Source: an uncultured virus (IMG/VR IMGVR_UViG_3300008954_000036) (Duplodnaviria; Heunggongvirae; Uroviricota; Caudoviricetes). Taken from it: a DNA stretch of 64,000 bases. This document shows positions 38,155 through 49,766 of the stretch, piece by piece; position 1 is the stretch's first letter, and every line of letters begins with the position of its first letter. The notes under the pieces were generated by a model, which searched no databases, was not told the origin of the DNA, and worked only from the letters and a program-made list of their open reading frames with translations. The position numbers were made by a program, and so were the translations under genes. Location of the stretch: IMG/VR virus record IMGVR_UViG_3300008954_000036; one strand, 5' to 3'.

Positions 38155-41100
38155 ATGCCCGGCGCAGCTACAGCAATAATAGGCGGCCTAATGGCCGGAA
38201 TGCACGTAGGTCAGTTAATTTGGTATGTATCTAGTAATGTAGCATTAAACGCTTGGACTAGGCATAGAAATAAGAAAAAGCCCCAAGAAATAGGAGGGCG
38301 GCAATCCTCAGCCCCTGGAACCAATGTAACTATAGGTGATCCTATAATAGTTGTATTTGGGGTAGTTAACACAGGCGGGACTTTGTTTGACTCCCTAACC
38401 CCATCAAGCGGGGCTTACCCGGTTCACGGCGGTATAGGGTATGCCTTGCCTAGATACTTTTCAGAGGGTATAGAGCTTATAGATAGAAACTCAATAGCTT
38501 TTGATGGGCCTCAGGAATCCTTAAACTATGCAAAATTAACTAAGGATGCAGAGAGTGGAGCAGCGGTTTATGATCAAACCGAAATCAGAAAAGCTTTAAA
38601 GTTCTCTAACGATTCCAACAAAAAAGCTAATAATTTAATCCTAAAGTTTTTTAGTAAAGGAGGTTTTAGTGCGGGGTCCACTGGGGATATTCTTACTCTT
38701 TATGAAAAAATTAATCCTGATAAAAACCCTTTTGTGGTAATACCGCAAGATAGGTATTCAAGAGGCGTACCAAGCGGAGGTTATGTAAGATCACAAGGAT
38801 TTTATTTAGATTACTCTTTACCTCCTATAAACGGCGAACCTGCTACACAAATACAAAAAGGTGATATTCTTATTTTTTATACTGGTAGTGATTTTGTTAC
38901 TAGGGAAGTTAACGCTGTTGTTTATCCTTATGTAAGAAAGGATTATAGTGGAACTCAGGCTGAGCCTCGATTAGTAGGTACTACCACGTTCCCAAATACA
39001 GTTTTGGTTATGTTCACTACGCCTGTGCGCAGGGATACTTTACAAAAAATAAGCCATGTATGGACTAATTACACTAAAATTGACGTACTTAGATTTAATG
39101 GTGTAACAAACCGTAACCCCGATTCTTTTTTAAGGTTCTCCCAATCAAATTATAATAATAATAATCATCTTGGCTGGCTTAGTGTAGAGGTTAGAGAGCC
39201 CCTCCCCACCACAGACCCTAACGTACAGGAAAAAATAAATAAGACTTCTGTATCTACTGTGCCTAGTATTGTAGGGTTAATTGCTGATGAGTCCATGCAA
39301 ATGAGCGTAACTTTGCCCACAAACGCAAACAATGAAACTTTTGCGTTTAGGGTTTCGGGTATTAGCAAAATGTGGACTAACCCAATAGCGATTATATATG
39401 AGATTTTAACTGATCCAGGTATAGGGCTTGGGCTTGATCCTAAAATTCATATTGATATGGATAATTTTGTAACAAACTATAATAAATGCAAAGCCACGGA
39501 TACTAGTTTAAAACCATCAGGGGGGGATGAGGCTTGGAGGTTCGGCGGTTATGTTTTAGCTAATGTTCAAGAAGCTAGGGAATACATACAAGATATTCTT
39601 AATCACATTCATGGAGACTATGTATGGGATGAAGAAGGAAAATTTAAAATTTTCTTGAATGCAGATGAAGACTATACGCAGTCTTTCACTCAAATCGACA
39701 TGCGACACATTGTTAGATCAGAGGCTAGGAAAGGGGCTTCTATAGGTTCTTTAATGTTTAAAAGCTCATATACGGAAGCTAATGATAGGTATAACGAGCT
39801 AAACGTGCGCTATATAAAACCAGATAAGGAATTTATAGCAGACTACTTTTTGAAGCTGGTAGACCTACCAGATATTACGTTTTCTGGGACTCGTAAAACT
39901 AAGAATATGGATTTGTTAGGGTTTATGGAAGATAAATATGCCAGCAAGTCAGCTAACATCCATATGGCTAGAAATGCTTTAGAAGATGAGTTTTTTGAAA
40001 TGGAGCTTAATACTTCTAGGGTAGAGATAACAGCCGGACAGATAATAGAGTTAGTAGCTTTTGATTCTGCGGAAGATAACGCAAACATAGAAAGCCAGTA
40101 TTTTACGGTTAACTCAGTAGAGTCTGATGCTGGGGATCATATTTTAGTCTTTGATGATTCTGAGAATGTACTTACCCATGCAGAGATAGAAGCTGGTCAA
40201 TCTATAGTTAAAGGGCCGACCGTAGGGCCAATAGGAAGACCCGCTAATACTTTTGGTAAACCTAAGATATCTTGGGGTAAAAACGAGGTTACTTTAACCT
40301 TGGATGTAGACCCTACAACTTTGGGGATAGCTGTAAATTCCTGGTTTTCGGTAACGTCCGGTGGTGTTACTAGAGTTCTGTGCTGTAAAGCTTTGGGCGG
40401 TTTTTATGGCGTAACTGCCGCTCTAAGGATTAATGAACTAAAGCCTGGGGATAAGGTAGAGTCTGGAGGAGAAACCTTAATTATAGAAGAGGTTGGGCAT
40501 AAAGAAACAGGAGAGTATTTCGCTAGAGTTACCGGAACTTTTACTACCCCTCCAGTAGGTATACCCGTAAACCTAAAAAGGCTTAATGGTATTAGACAAC
40601 TTAAAGAAAGTGTTTTAGCTAGGATAATGGAGGTTAAAGTAAGCCCGGAGTTAAAACTTACTGTAACAGCTAGGAAAATAGCACCAGAGGCTTATGGGGC
40701 AGAAAACCTTAACTTTATCACAGCCTCCTCGCCTGATTATGTAATAAATGATAGCTTATTTTTAACTCCGGGCGCTCCGGCTTTTACTGAGTTTAAAATA
40801 TATTCCGCACAAACACCCGCAGGCAGGGGAACCTATGAAGCTTTCGCACAGTTAATAGGGGTTTCTGGTACCAATGTAAATAGAACTATAGTTACTATTT
40901 ATGCTAAAGACTTGAATTTAATGCAGGAAGATCAGGTAGTATTTACTCAAACTTTATATAGAGGGCAAAGCTCTATTACTGCTAATCTTAGTAGGGTAAC
41001 TCAATTTCTAACTGAAAATAATGTTTCTTTTTATGCTTCTGCTATTAACTATAATGAACATAATTTAAGCTCTGAAATTGCTTATTCCGATGGTGCTGTA

Positions 41101-44037
41101 GAGGATGGCGGAGTAGGGGGTTTAGTAGAGTTATCTCCCGATGATTTACCACCAGAGCCGGGCGAGTGGGATTTGGCTTACTATGATTCTGAGGCCGGTG
41201 GTGTGGTATCCGGCAAATTCGGCAAAACGATAACTTTAGCAACTAAAAAATATACGGCTGAAATATACGCCGGATTAGAAATAAGAACCTCAGACTCTAA
41301 CTGGGGGTTAAAAGCCAATAACACAGCAGACGGAAATTTAGTAACTAGAGGTCCACAGCAATTATTTTTTGAAATTAAGGAAAATTTACCTACTACTCGT
41401 AGTGTATCTTACTTTTTGAAAACTTATAACACCGAAGGAACTTATTCTACTTTAGCCAAAGAGCTTCAATTAGTAGACTCCCAGCCGGCCTTAATTCCGA
41501 GCGGTAATATAAGCGTTAAAGAAACAGGAAATGCTATTCACATAGATGTAACTCCTTACATTAGCGGGGCTTACGAAAACGATATAGTTGAATATATACT
41601 GTACGTGGAAAACACGGGGCAGCATATAGACGGGGCGCAAGCTTCAAACGTGTATATAGAAGTTGACAGAAAGACTACCCCCCATTTCCTATACTCGGTT
41701 CCTTACTCTTTATTTACAGGAGAAACCTTTACAGGAAATATAAAAGTAGTGGCGGAAGACAGACTTACTCCTATAGTTGCCGATAACCAAGAACCATCAG
41801 CCGCTATAGTTGCGTATACTATGCGTAAAGTGGCTTCTGCTGATGTAGCGATTGACGCTTTAGCTTCTGATTTAAGTGATAATAAATTCCTATTGGCTAA
41901 TTGGGGATCGGACGAATACCGGGATAATTTTGGGTATTCTTTGGCGGTTTTAAATGCTGATAATTTTTCACAGTCTATAACGCTTAAGGCATCTACTAAC
42001 TATGTCTTATCTTTTGAAGCAAAAAAGACTAATGTAAATATAGGTATTACTGTGTCTGGCAGTAATAACGGATCAGTAACAACAAGCAATACCGGAAATT
42101 TCGAGTTATTAACATTTAAGTTTACGACTCCTGTAAGCACTGTTAATAACCAAACAGTATTTACTATTACGGGCGAAGGTAATATTAAGAAAATTATGCT
42201 AAATGAAGGTACGCATGCTATGGCATATACCCTTCATGCAGACGATCAGATAGATAATGCCAGAAACCGTGAACACAAAAAACAGCTCGCAAACGAAGTG
42301 TTAACAATTCTGTCTAATATGCAGACAGTTAATACTGATGTTGATACAGAAAGGGCTAGGATTGATGTAGCAGAAGATAATATTAATCTTAGAGTTAAAG
42401 GGGATGATGTAATTAATTCCATTAATCTTAGCGAGGAGGGTATAGCTATCGCCGGTAAAGCTCTGATAATAGATGCGGTAACTAGGTTTATAGACAGTAC
42501 TGGTACTGTTTATGGTGTGGTTCTGTCGGTAGATGCCGGAAACCAGACCATAGTCGTATACAATCAGGCTAAAACTATATGGGCTTCCGGGTTAGGTACT
42601 ATGGTTTCTTATGATACAGACGGGCTACAAGCTCCTAGTGGAGGCAGTTTTGATTACGGAGATTTTGTTATAGACCCAGGCAACGGAAGAAAGGTTACTT
42701 TAACTGGGGTTACAGGCACTTTCCCGGCAGTAGGGGATTTTTTCACTAATGATGCTAACGATAAGGGGCAAACCAAGATTAGCGGAGGTAAAATTCAAAC
42801 CGATGCTATTATTGCAAATCATATATTAGCCGGAGAAATAGGGGCGGAAAAGCTAGCTGCGGAAAGTATAACCACCAATTTCCTAAGTTTAATAGGGCAG
42901 CAGAATATAATCTTAGACAAGGATAAGGGCATTCTTATCTTTGATGCTTCCGAGACTGCGACTGTTAATACCACTATAACTACTCAAACTAGGTTTACTT
43001 TTTCTCAGAATTATGGGCTACAAGTAGGGGATTACTTTAAAGTAGAAAACGGGAATAATAAGGGACTGGTTTTAAAAATAACAGCGGTTAATGCGGGTAA
43101 TTTTACGGCAGATTTTAACCAAGTGCCTAATGACTTCTTAGATAACCAGCCTCAACCACAGCACGAAAACGTAGTATCCGTTACTTATTACAAGGCTGCT
43201 GGAAATAATTTTATACAGATAGGGTTAGACTCCGGTAATAAGGGCGTTATACATATCGGGGATGGTAATAGCTCTACAAAACTAAGTACATCGGGGTTGG
43301 AGATTAAAGACGGTAGTTTAAAAGTAGGAGCTGGGCAAGATTGGTTACAGTATAATGGCTCAGAGGGTTTGTGGTTAGGAACTAATACCCCAAACGATTT
43401 TACTTTTGACAAAGGAAAATTTAGGGTTGATCTTGCTGGTAATGTACAGGCTAATAGTATCGATGTTGCAGCATTAAACCAATTTTTTGACGGTATTACT
43501 GTTTCCCAGAGTTTTGTGGATATTTGGAATAACCCAATGAGCGGGTACGACTATGTACCTGTTCTACGTACTGCTGTTAACTTACCCCCTGAGGTAGTAC
43601 AAACATCGAATTTAAAAAGCATTTTTGTAACTACCGCCTTCCAAGTATCTATGAATACTAGTATAGTACGAGATGTTAGCCCTATTGACATAAGAATAAC
43701 CATAGCTCAACCAGACCCTAATGCCCCAGAAGACATTATACCCGTTATAAGAACCGGCTTTGATGTAAATGTTACTTTTCCTTATACTGGCGGGGTAACT
43801 TGGAATAATAGGGTGGTTACAGGTTTAATTAGCGGATCAATTACAGACGCTTTGCAAAACTATTCAGGGTCTAATAATTTTGGTCAACTAAGTGATTTAA
43901 CTCCGGGGCAAATGTATTTAATAAATTTTGACATCTTTCCTTTAAACCCCCCTCCTCCTTTATTAGCCATACAACAAGTTCGAGTTTTTTCTGCTACCGC
44001 ACACTTAAGGTTTCTAACTAAAACAGACTTAATATAG
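38155..44037 (+). CDS. Central tail fibre / host-specificity hub (gpJ-like)
   Basis: 1960 aa; WTNPIAIIYEILTD, YNELNVRY and INSINLSEEGIAI motifs. Confidence 0.75.
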   Translation: MPGAATAIIGGLMAGMHVGQLIWYVSSNVALNAWTRHRNKKKPQEIGGRQSSAPGTNVTIGDPIIVVFGVVNTGGTLFDSLTPSSGAYPVHGGIGYALPRYFSEGIELIDRNSIAFDGPQESLNYAKLTKDAESGAAVYDQTEIRKALKFSNDSNKKANNLILKFFSKGGFSAGSTGDILTLYEKINPDKNPFVVIPQDRYSRGVPSGGYVRSQGFYLDYSLPPINGEPATQIQKGDILIFYTGSDFVTREVNAVVYPYVRKDYSGTQAEPRLVGTTTFPNTVLVMFTTPVRRDTLQKISHVWTNYTKIDVLRFNGVTNRNPDSFLRFSQSNYNNNNHLGWLSVEVREPLPTTDPNVQEKINKTSVSTVPSIVGLIADESMQMSVTLPTNANNETFAFRVSGISKMWTNPIAIIYEILTDPGIGLGLDPKIHIDMDNFVTNYNKCKATDTSLKPSGGDEAWRFGGYVLANVQEAREYIQDILNHIHGDYVWDEEGKFKIFLNADEDYTQSFTQIDMRHIVRSEARKGASIGSLMFKSSYTEANDRYNELNVRYIKPDKEFIADYFLKLVDLPDITFSGTRKTKNMDLLGFMEDKYASKSANIHMARNALEDEFFEMELNTSRVEITAGQIIELVAFDSAEDNANIESQYFTVNSVESDAGDHILVFDDSENVLTHAEIEAGQSIVKGPTVGPIGRPANTFGKPKISWGKNEVTLTLDVDPTTLGIAVNSWFSVTSGGVTRVLCCKALGGFYGVTAALRINELKPGDKVESGGETLIIEEVGHKETGEYFARVTGTFTTPPVGIPVNLKRLNGIRQLKESVLARIMEVKVSPELKLTVTARKIAPEAYGAENLNFITASSPDYVINDSLFLTPGAPAFTEFKIYSAQTPAGRGTYEAFAQLIGVSGTNVNRTIVTIYAKDLNLMQEDQVVFTQTLYRGQSSITANLSRVTQFLTENNVSFYASAINYNEHNLSSEIAYSDGAVEDGGVGGLVELSPDDLPPEPGEWDLAYYDSEAGGVVSGKFGKTITLATKKYTAEIYAGLEIRTSDSNWGLKANNTADGNLVTRGPQQLFFEIKENLPTTRSVSYFLKTYNTEGTYSTLAKELQLVDSQPALIPSGNISVKETGNAIHIDVTPYISGAYENDIVEYILYVENTGQHIDGAQASNVYIEVDRKTTPHFLYSVPYSLFTGETFTGNIKVVAEDRLTPIVADNQEPSAAIVAYTMRKVASADVAIDALASDLSDNKFLLANWGSDEYRDNFGYSLAVLNADNFSQSITLKASTNYVLSFEAKKTNVNIGITVSGSNNGSVTTSNTGNFELLTFKFTTPVSTVNNQTVFTITGEGNIKKIMLNEGTHAMAYTLHADDQIDNARNREHKKQLANEVLTILSNMQTVNTDVDTERARIDVAEDNINLRVKGDDVINSINLSEEGIAIAGKALIIDAVTRFIDSTGTVYGVVLSVDAGNQTIVVYNQAKTIWASGLGTMVSYDTDGLQAPSGGSFDYGDFVIDPGNGRKVTLTGVTGTFPAVGDFFTNDANDKGQTKISGGKIQTDAIIANHILAGEIGAEKLAAESITTNFLSLIGQQNIILDKDKGILIFDASETATVNTTITTQTRFTFSQNYGLQVGDYFKVENGNNKGLVLKITAVNAGNFTADFNQVPNDFLDNQPQPQHENVVSVTYYKAAGNNFIQIGLDSGNKGVIHIGDGNSSTKLSTSGLEIKDGSLKVGAGQDWLQYNGSEGLWLGTNTPNDFTFDKGKFRVDLAGNVQANSIDVAALNQFFDGITVSQSFVDIWNNPMSGYDYVPVLRTAVNLPPEVVQTSNLKSIFVTTAFQVSMNTSIVRDVSPIDIRITIAQPDPNAPEDIIPVIRTGFDVNVTFPYTGGVTWNNRVVTGLISGSITDALQNYSGSNNFGQLSDLTPGQMYLINFDIFPLNPPPPLLAIQQVRVFSATAHLRFLTKTDLI

Positions 44038-44046
44038 GATATAAAT

Positions 44047-47000
44047 ATGAGTAATTTTGATTCAGAAGACCTGCAAACAATAGGCCAGATTCAGACTGAT
44101 ATAAGCACTAATACTCAAACCTTATCTACTGTTCAAGCTGATGTTCTAGCTCAGGATTATCGAAACTATGTTAAAGACACGCAGCATAATTTCGTACTGC
44201 TCGGTTGTTTTGTAACTCTAGGGACTGCTGCAAATAAGATATCTATTGGCAAAGGCTCGGATACTAAAAATAGATTCTATATTCAGGGTAAGTTAATAGA
44301 AATAAATGATTCAGCGGATTTTGTAACTTTCTCTTACCCGGCCACAGGACCACGATACGATATTATTTATATCAAATCAGACGGGACTTTCGGCGTACAC
44401 GCAGGCTCAGAAGGGGGCATACAGCCTAATTTCGCAGCCATTACTAGTACGCAGCTACCTGTCGCACAGGTGTTAGTCCCGCAGTCTAGCGGCGCTATAA
44501 TTATCACTCAAACTAGGCAAATGTACCGGGTAGGGTATTATAACAGTCAGCAATTTTTACCCGGCACTATTTTTGAAGTTCCAGTTGATATACCAGAGAA
44601 TACGGTTACTTCTGGTATTTGGTATAAGGGGTTGGGGGGGTTCATAACGAAAATGGCGGGGTTTAATGAACCTAATGTTACGGCATCTTCGTCCGGGGTT
44701 TTAGGCAGAATTGCTGTATGGACAGATGCAGATTCTTTAGCCGCCGGGATGCTAACTGATGATGGAACGACTATACACTTTAAAGCCGGTAATAATAACA
44801 ACTGGAAAGCTACTTCATCGGGGCATTTAGAGCCTAGTGCTGATAATGCACACGATATAGGGTCTGTAGGGCTTTGGGCTAGAAGCGTGTTCACTTGTGG
44901 CATTTCCGGGATGATGGATTTCGCATCAGCTCAAAACTTAATTACTTTTAATATCTCGTTTACTAACCATTACAAGATGGATACTGCTGCCTTTTTTCCG
45001 GTAGGTGCTAGAGATTTAGGCAAAACTGCTTCGGGTTTTAAAGACCTATATTTTACCAGTGAGCTAAAAAGAGGCGGGAATAATACTATATTTGACGGTT
45101 GGAGTAATAACAAAGCTCAAATAAATTGGAATAATGTAATAAACAGACCTTCTGAGCTTGCTTATTTAACCGGAGTCACAAGCTCAATACAAACTCAACT
45201 AGACGGTAAAACGTCAACATCAGGAGGGGTTTTATCCGGGAATATCGGACGCTCGGCTCATAGTTCGGGTCATCTCGAAGGCTCTTATAGCAATGTCGGT
45301 GTAAACGGAGCAAAAACTAATCCAATCTACACAATAGGAAGTGCTTATAACCCAACAGATACAGCATTATCACCAAATATGTATGGAATTGGGTTTGCTA
45401 GTTGTGCTCCAGTCAGCGCAGGAGGCGCAGGAGGTTCTTTTCTTTCGTCGTTTAACAACTTAGGAAATTGGGGGTTATATGTGGCCGCCGATGGAGATGC
45501 CAGAATTTTCCTGGATGGAACTTATGGACATGTGATGGGGCTTGGTCGGACTTTCATGTGGTCAGGAACATCAACAAATCCAACTTATTCTTTTCGTACT
45601 GATATGAATACCGGAATGTATAATCCTGGGGATGGGAGACTTGGTTTTGTTTGTAATGCGGTCAAACGATTAGAGATTACTGCGAGTGGTCATTTAATAC
45701 CAAATGGGGCCAATGTTTGTGATATAGGAGATGTAACAAATTATTTCCGAACTATATATGCCCAAACATTTCAAGAAGGCGGCACAGCTTTATCTTCTAA
45801 ATACTTAGCTTTATCTGGGGGTAATCTTATTGGTCAAGTAAGTATAGGCTTTGCCGTTGACGGGGGAGCCCAAAGCCTAATACTAAACAATTCTAAACCC
45901 AGTGTGGTTAGTTCGTTAAATGAAACAGTAGAACAAGTATTTCAGTTTGGTGGAGTAGATGCTTGTATTTTGTCTGCTACTAAAGATGAAGATTTTACTT
46001 CTACCGCCAAGGAAACATCCTCTTTTAGTATATCTACTAAACTCGACGGGGTTATGACCCCTATTATTAAAGTGGGCGGGCTTTCCGGAGTTTTGAATTT
46101 CGGTGCAAATAATACCGTATCGGGCGCATACGGAACAGCTTTCGGTACAAATATTATTGTATCTGGTGTATACGGAACAGCTTTCGGGCGTAAAATAAAT
46201 ATTTCTGGTGATTATTCTTTCGGGATCAGCTTAAATGAACCCGTCTCTGATTACCTTCTTACTCAAGCAAACACAATGGCTGTTATGGGTGGGAAGATGG
46301 GGGTTGATGTTCTTTCTCCTGTTGAAAAACTAGAAGTAGGCGGTGCAATTAAAGTAGGTACTACTGCCACCGCTTCCCCCGCTAACGGTGTAATTAGATA
46401 TGAAAATCAAGATTTTGAAGGCTATAAAGAAGGTGCTTGGGTTTCTTTATCTGGTGGTGCTGGTGGTGCTGGTGGTGCTGGTGGGGGTACACAATATCCA
46501 TCCAAATTTACAGACTTAGAGGCTATCAATTCAAAGTGGAAAGGGCCAATGGCTGTTAAAGCCAATGCAGACTGGATTTGTGTTGGCGGGGGTTACACGT
46601 ATGGCGCAACTCCAAATAACAGGAATTGGGTAGCTGTTTTCAATAAAGCCACAGGGGTATGGGCAGATGTGTCTGGAATTAGTATAGCGGCAGTTGGGTT
46701 TTTGGCCTTAGATGGGGATATTTTATGGGCTAAAAACTATAATGGATATGAAAATAATGTTCATAGGATTGATTTAAACACTCTTGCCGTTACTGACACT
46801 ATTAATGCTATAGCTACCGCATCACAAGTCGGGGGAATAGCGCAGGATGCTACTTACGTATATTTTTTATACGGGCAAAGATCGGGAGCTTATATTTCAA
46901 AAATTACCCGCATAAATAAAACTACTAAAGTGAAAGACCCCACAGAAATAGATTTGGGGTATGAGTACATAGTCGGCGGGTGTGTATACGGCGGGTTTCT

Positions 47001-47541
47001 TTATTGTACTACTTATACTGACGGGGGAAGGATACATAAATTAGACTTGTCTACCTGGGGGGCTTCACCGACTGTTACATCAATTTCAACAGCTAGTATC
47101 CACGTTAGTATTGATCGTCCCGTTTATCCGGTTGCTGGTAGTGACGGGTTTATTTATTGCATGAATTTTGATAGTGATGCCGTGCAAAAAATGTTTAAAA
47201 TTCCAGTAAATAATTTCACAATAGGCGGGGCAGTAGTTATTGATTTGCCAAATAACATTGAAACTCATGAAATGGGGGTCGGGGTCGGGGCTGGTGGTAA
47301 AATTTGGGTAGGTATGAATTATTTTCTCAATGGGCCTACCCATTGGTGTCAGATAAATATGGCTACTAATGCGGTTTCTGATTTTAGTGTAATAAATGAG
47401 GTTCCTGGTGCAGAACAAAAAGGGGATTTAAGATTCGACGGAGTGGATGAAATAAATGTTTACGCTGTTCGTCGATCGGAAAATTTTAGTAATTATAGAA
47501 GCGATTTAATAACTTTACCAATAAATGGAACTTTCACATAG
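44047..47541 (+). CDS. Mosaic tail fibre / receptor-binding protein
   Basis: Gly-rich fibre repeats, 14-aa YadA-head-like repeats (VSGAYGTAFG) and a propeller-like C-terminus. Confidence 0.7.
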   Translation: MSNFDSEDLQTIGQIQTDISTNTQTLSTVQADVLAQDYRNYVKDTQHNFVLLGCFVTLGTAANKISIGKGSDTKNRFYIQGKLIEINDSADFVTFSYPATGPRYDIIYIKSDGTFGVHAGSEGGIQPNFAAITSTQLPVAQVLVPQSSGAIIITQTRQMYRVGYYNSQQFLPGTIFEVPVDIPENTVTSGIWYKGLGGFITKMAGFNEPNVTASSSGVLGRIAVWTDADSLAAGMLTDDGTTIHFKAGNNNNWKATSSGHLEPSADNAHDIGSVGLWARSVFTCGISGMMDFASAQNLITFNISFTNHYKMDTAAFFPVGARDLGKTASGFKDLYFTSELKRGGNNTIFDGWSNNKAQINWNNVINRPSELAYLTGVTSSIQTQLDGKTSTSGGVLSGNIGRSAHSSGHLEGSYSNVGVNGAKTNPIYTIGSAYNPTDTALSPNMYGIGFASCAPVSAGGAGGSFLSSFNNLGNWGLYVAADGDARIFLDGTYGHVMGLGRTFMWSGTSTNPTYSFRTDMNTGMYNPGDGRLGFVCNAVKRLEITASGHLIPNGANVCDIGDVTNYFRTIYAQTFQEGGTALSSKYLALSGGNLIGQVSIGFAVDGGAQSLILNNSKPSVVSSLNETVEQVFQFGGVDACILSATKDEDFTSTAKETSSFSISTKLDGVMTPIIKVGGLSGVLNFGANNTVSGAYGTAFGTNIIVSGVYGTAFGRKINISGDYSFGISLNEPVSDYLLTQANTMAVMGGKMGVDVLSPVEKLEVGGAIKVGTTATASPANGVIRYENQDFEGYKEGAWVSLSGGAGGAGGAGGGTQYPSKFTDLEAINSKWKGPMAVKANADWICVGGGYTYGATPNNRNWVAVFNKATGVWADVSGISIAAVGFLALDGDILWAKNYNGYENNVHRIDLNTLAVTDTINAIATASQVGGIAQDATYVYFLYGQRSGAYISKITRINKTTKVKDPTEIDLGYEYIVGGCVYGGFLYCTTYTDGGRIHKLDLSTWGASPTVTSISTASIHVSIDRPVYPVAGSDGFIYCMNFDSDAVQKMFKIPVNNFTIGGAVVIDLPNNIETHEMGVGVGAGGKIWVGMNYFLNGPTHWCQINMATNAVSDFSVINEVPGAEQKGDLRFDGVDEINVYAVRRSENFSNYRSDLITLPINGTFT

Positions 47542-47551
47542 GAGTATATAA

Positions 47552-47884
47552 ATGGACCCAGTTGATGCCCTAAGAATTGAAAAATCAAAGGAACAAAAAG
47601 AGCTTGATTTACCTATTCTTGTTAAAAAGAAAAAGGCTCAATTATCTAAAATCTTGCATGATGCCCTAGTCTCGTCCGACTGGGTTGATACTTCTAAATT
47701 TTTAAAAAAATCTAGTGAAGATAAACACAAAGTGATTAGGAAAAACAGGAAAGCTCAGTATGACATAATTCGTAATCTAAAAGATGAATTATGCAAATGT
47801 GATTATGATTCTGCGTTGGATTTTTATATAGAGCAAAAGCTTATATCCACAGGATTTTATGAATTGACTTATGATTTTAGTTAG
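47552..47884 (+). CDS. Hypothetical protein (possible fibre assembly factor)
   Basis: Follows the fibre gene; AGGAG RBS. Confidence 0.5.
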   Translation: MDPVDALRIEKSKEQKELDLPILVKKKKAQLSKILHDALVSSDWVDTSKFLKKSSEDKHKVIRKNRKAQYDIIRNLKDELCKCDYDSALDFYIEQKLISTGFYELTYDFS

Positions 47885-47893
47885 GAGATTAAA

Positions 47894-48277
47894 ATGAACA
47901 TTATTGAACCTGCCAGCGAACTTACACAAAATGCTTTGAATGTAGATGGATGGAAACTTAAAGAAAGGGCCATTCCTAAGGGGCCAAGAAAACTCAGGAA
48001 TTTGATTTCTATGCCTAACGATTTCCCAGATAATTGTGAGCCTACCTATGACTTCCATAAAGATGAATTCTCATTCGGGGAAGTGAAAGATGGGACAAAG
48101 CTTAATAGGCATCATAGAGATTATTTACACGGCCAACTTCACCGGTTAATGCACCTTGCAGATTACTTTAAAAATAAAGATCAATTTGGTATTCAAAAGA
48201 TTACTACTTCGTCCACGGATTTAGAAACTGATAAAAATGAAGTTACTGAAAACTTCCAGATTTACCAAAAATCTTAA
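47894..48277 (+). CDS. Hypothetical protein
   Basis: AGGAG RBS; 127 aa. Confidence 0.55.
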   Translation: MNIIEPASELTQNALNVDGWKLKERAIPKGPRKLRNLISMPNDFPDNCEPTYDFHKDEFSFGEVKDGTKLNRHHRDYLHGQLHRLMHLADYFKNKDQFGIQKITTSSTDLETDKNEVTENFQIYQKS

Positions 48278-48326
48278 ATACTAATTTTCTACTATTGGCT
48301 ACTAATTTTAGTAGAAGGACGTTACC

Positions 48327-49364
48327 ATGCCTCTACCGTTAGAAGAGGGGAAAGGACTTTTCGTGAATAGGGATAACGCTATGCGGCACATTTTAGTAGT
48401 AGAGGATAGTGAAGGCTTCGCTAACCTAATCAAAAAACGATTCCAGGTAGATGCAAACACCAGAGTAACGATATTAGACTCCGGGGAAAAAGTAATTGAT
48501 TTTCTAAGTAGGTACAACGGTGTCCACGTCTTAGTTGTGGATATGAACCTACCCGGAATGAATGGTATAGATTTATACCTAGCTCTAAAAGACCTCTACA
48601 ATCGAACCGACTCAAAAATCACTAAAAAATATCACAAAATGATGGTATTGGTGAGTGAAGATTATGAGGCAATGTCAGCCGCCGAAGCTCATAAAATCGG
48701 CAGAGTTAAAAAACCTTGCTTTGATGATCCCGAACAAGAAGCTAAAGAATGGTTTACATTTATGCAAATCATTGAGCAGAAAATAGCTCAAACTGAATCA
48801 TTTCGGACAATCAAAGATATAGAAAAAAATGTTGGTTCATTGAGAATATTGTTCGATGATCTAAGCAAGGATACGACCAGTAAATTACAAGAAGCAAGAA
48901 ACGAAACTAAAAAAGATATTCAAGCTCTTAGAGCTTCTACCGATGAACAATTCGCAGGAATCAATTCTAAGCTGGATATCATGACCGAAAATCAAAAAGC
49001 GTTTCAGGAATCTAGTTCTTGTGTTACTGCTATTTCTAGTGATGTAGAAATAGAACCGGGTCAGCATGAAAATGTTATTAAAATGTTACACGGAATAACT
49101 AAGCTCATTGAAAATAATCCAGAAAAATCGCTTAAAGTACATAACGTGGAAATGCAAACTTCTGAATCCTATAAAGAAGTAATCCGCAATACTCCATTAA
49201 CAGTAAATAACCTTGGGACTATTGTAGGTTCGCTGTTTTTAAAAAGTATTTTTTCCTGGGGCGGGAGAATTGCTTGGTTATGTTTCTTGTTTCTTTTGTA
49301 TAAGTTTCAGCCTAAGGCTTTGCCTTTTTTTAAAGCTACTTATACTATTTTAATGGCCCCGTAA
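48327..49364 (+). CDS. Receiver (REC) domain + coiled coil + C-terminal transmembrane protein
   Basis: ILVVEDS...VVDMNLPGMNGIDL...VS...VKKP; C-terminal IAWLCFLFLLY. Confidence 0.8.
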   Translation: MPLPLEEGKGLFVNRDNAMRHILVVEDSEGFANLIKKRFQVDANTRVTILDSGEKVIDFLSRYNGVHVLVVDMNLPGMNGIDLYLALKDLYNRTDSKITKKYHKMMVLVSEDYEAMSAAEAHKIGRVKKPCFDDPEQEAKEWFTFMQIIEQKIAQTESFRTIKDIEKNVGSLRILFDDLSKDTTSKLQEARNETKKDIQALRASTDEQFAGINSKLDIMTENQKAFQESSSCVTAISSDVEIEPGQHENVIKMLHGITKLIENNPEKSLKVHNVEMQTSESYKEVIRNTPLTVNNLGTIVGSLFLKSIFSWGGRIAWLCFLFLLYKFQPKALPFFKATYTILMAP

Positions 49365-49428
49365 AAATTTTAATATCTATGGTAACATGGGTATAGTAAT
49401 CACTTGATACGACTATAAGGAGGCTAAA

Positions 49429-49764
49429 GTGCCTAAACTAAACCTAACCCAAGAGATCAAAGCTTTGGACTATGAGACTACCCTTAAGGACAGTAATTCA
49501 GAAGATGATGTAACTATTAAATCTGTCCTTACTATGTCTCTCAGAAATGAGGGGCAGCAATTAACCAACCATCAAACCGGTAAGATTGATACCGATGCTA
49601 GATATAATCAAGCAAAGCTCTTAGAGAAAATCATGAAATTAAATGGGGATGTGGAAATTGATCTAACACACGAACAGTTAAAACTGTGTGAAAACGCCAT
49701 ACTAAATAATCCCATGATCGAAGGTTTTGTTGCTGCTCAAGCAGTAGATATGATTAGGGGGTAG
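49429..49764 (+). CDS. Hypothetical phage protein
   Basis: AAGGAGG RBS, GTG start. Confidence 0.6.
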   Translation: MPKLNLTQEIKALDYETTLKDSNSEDDVTIKSVLTMSLRNEGQQLTNHQTGKIDTDARYNQAKLLEKIMKLNGDVEIDLTHEQLKLCENAILNNPMIEGFVAAQAVDMIRG

Positions 49765-49766
49765 GT

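Noticed and set aside
46453..46485. (GGTGGTGCT)n microsatellite
   Set aside because: It simply encodes a Gly/Ala linker in the fibre protein.
44047..47541. Diversity-generating retroelement target in the tail fibre
   Set aside because: No reverse transcriptase and no template/variable repeat pair were seen in the window.
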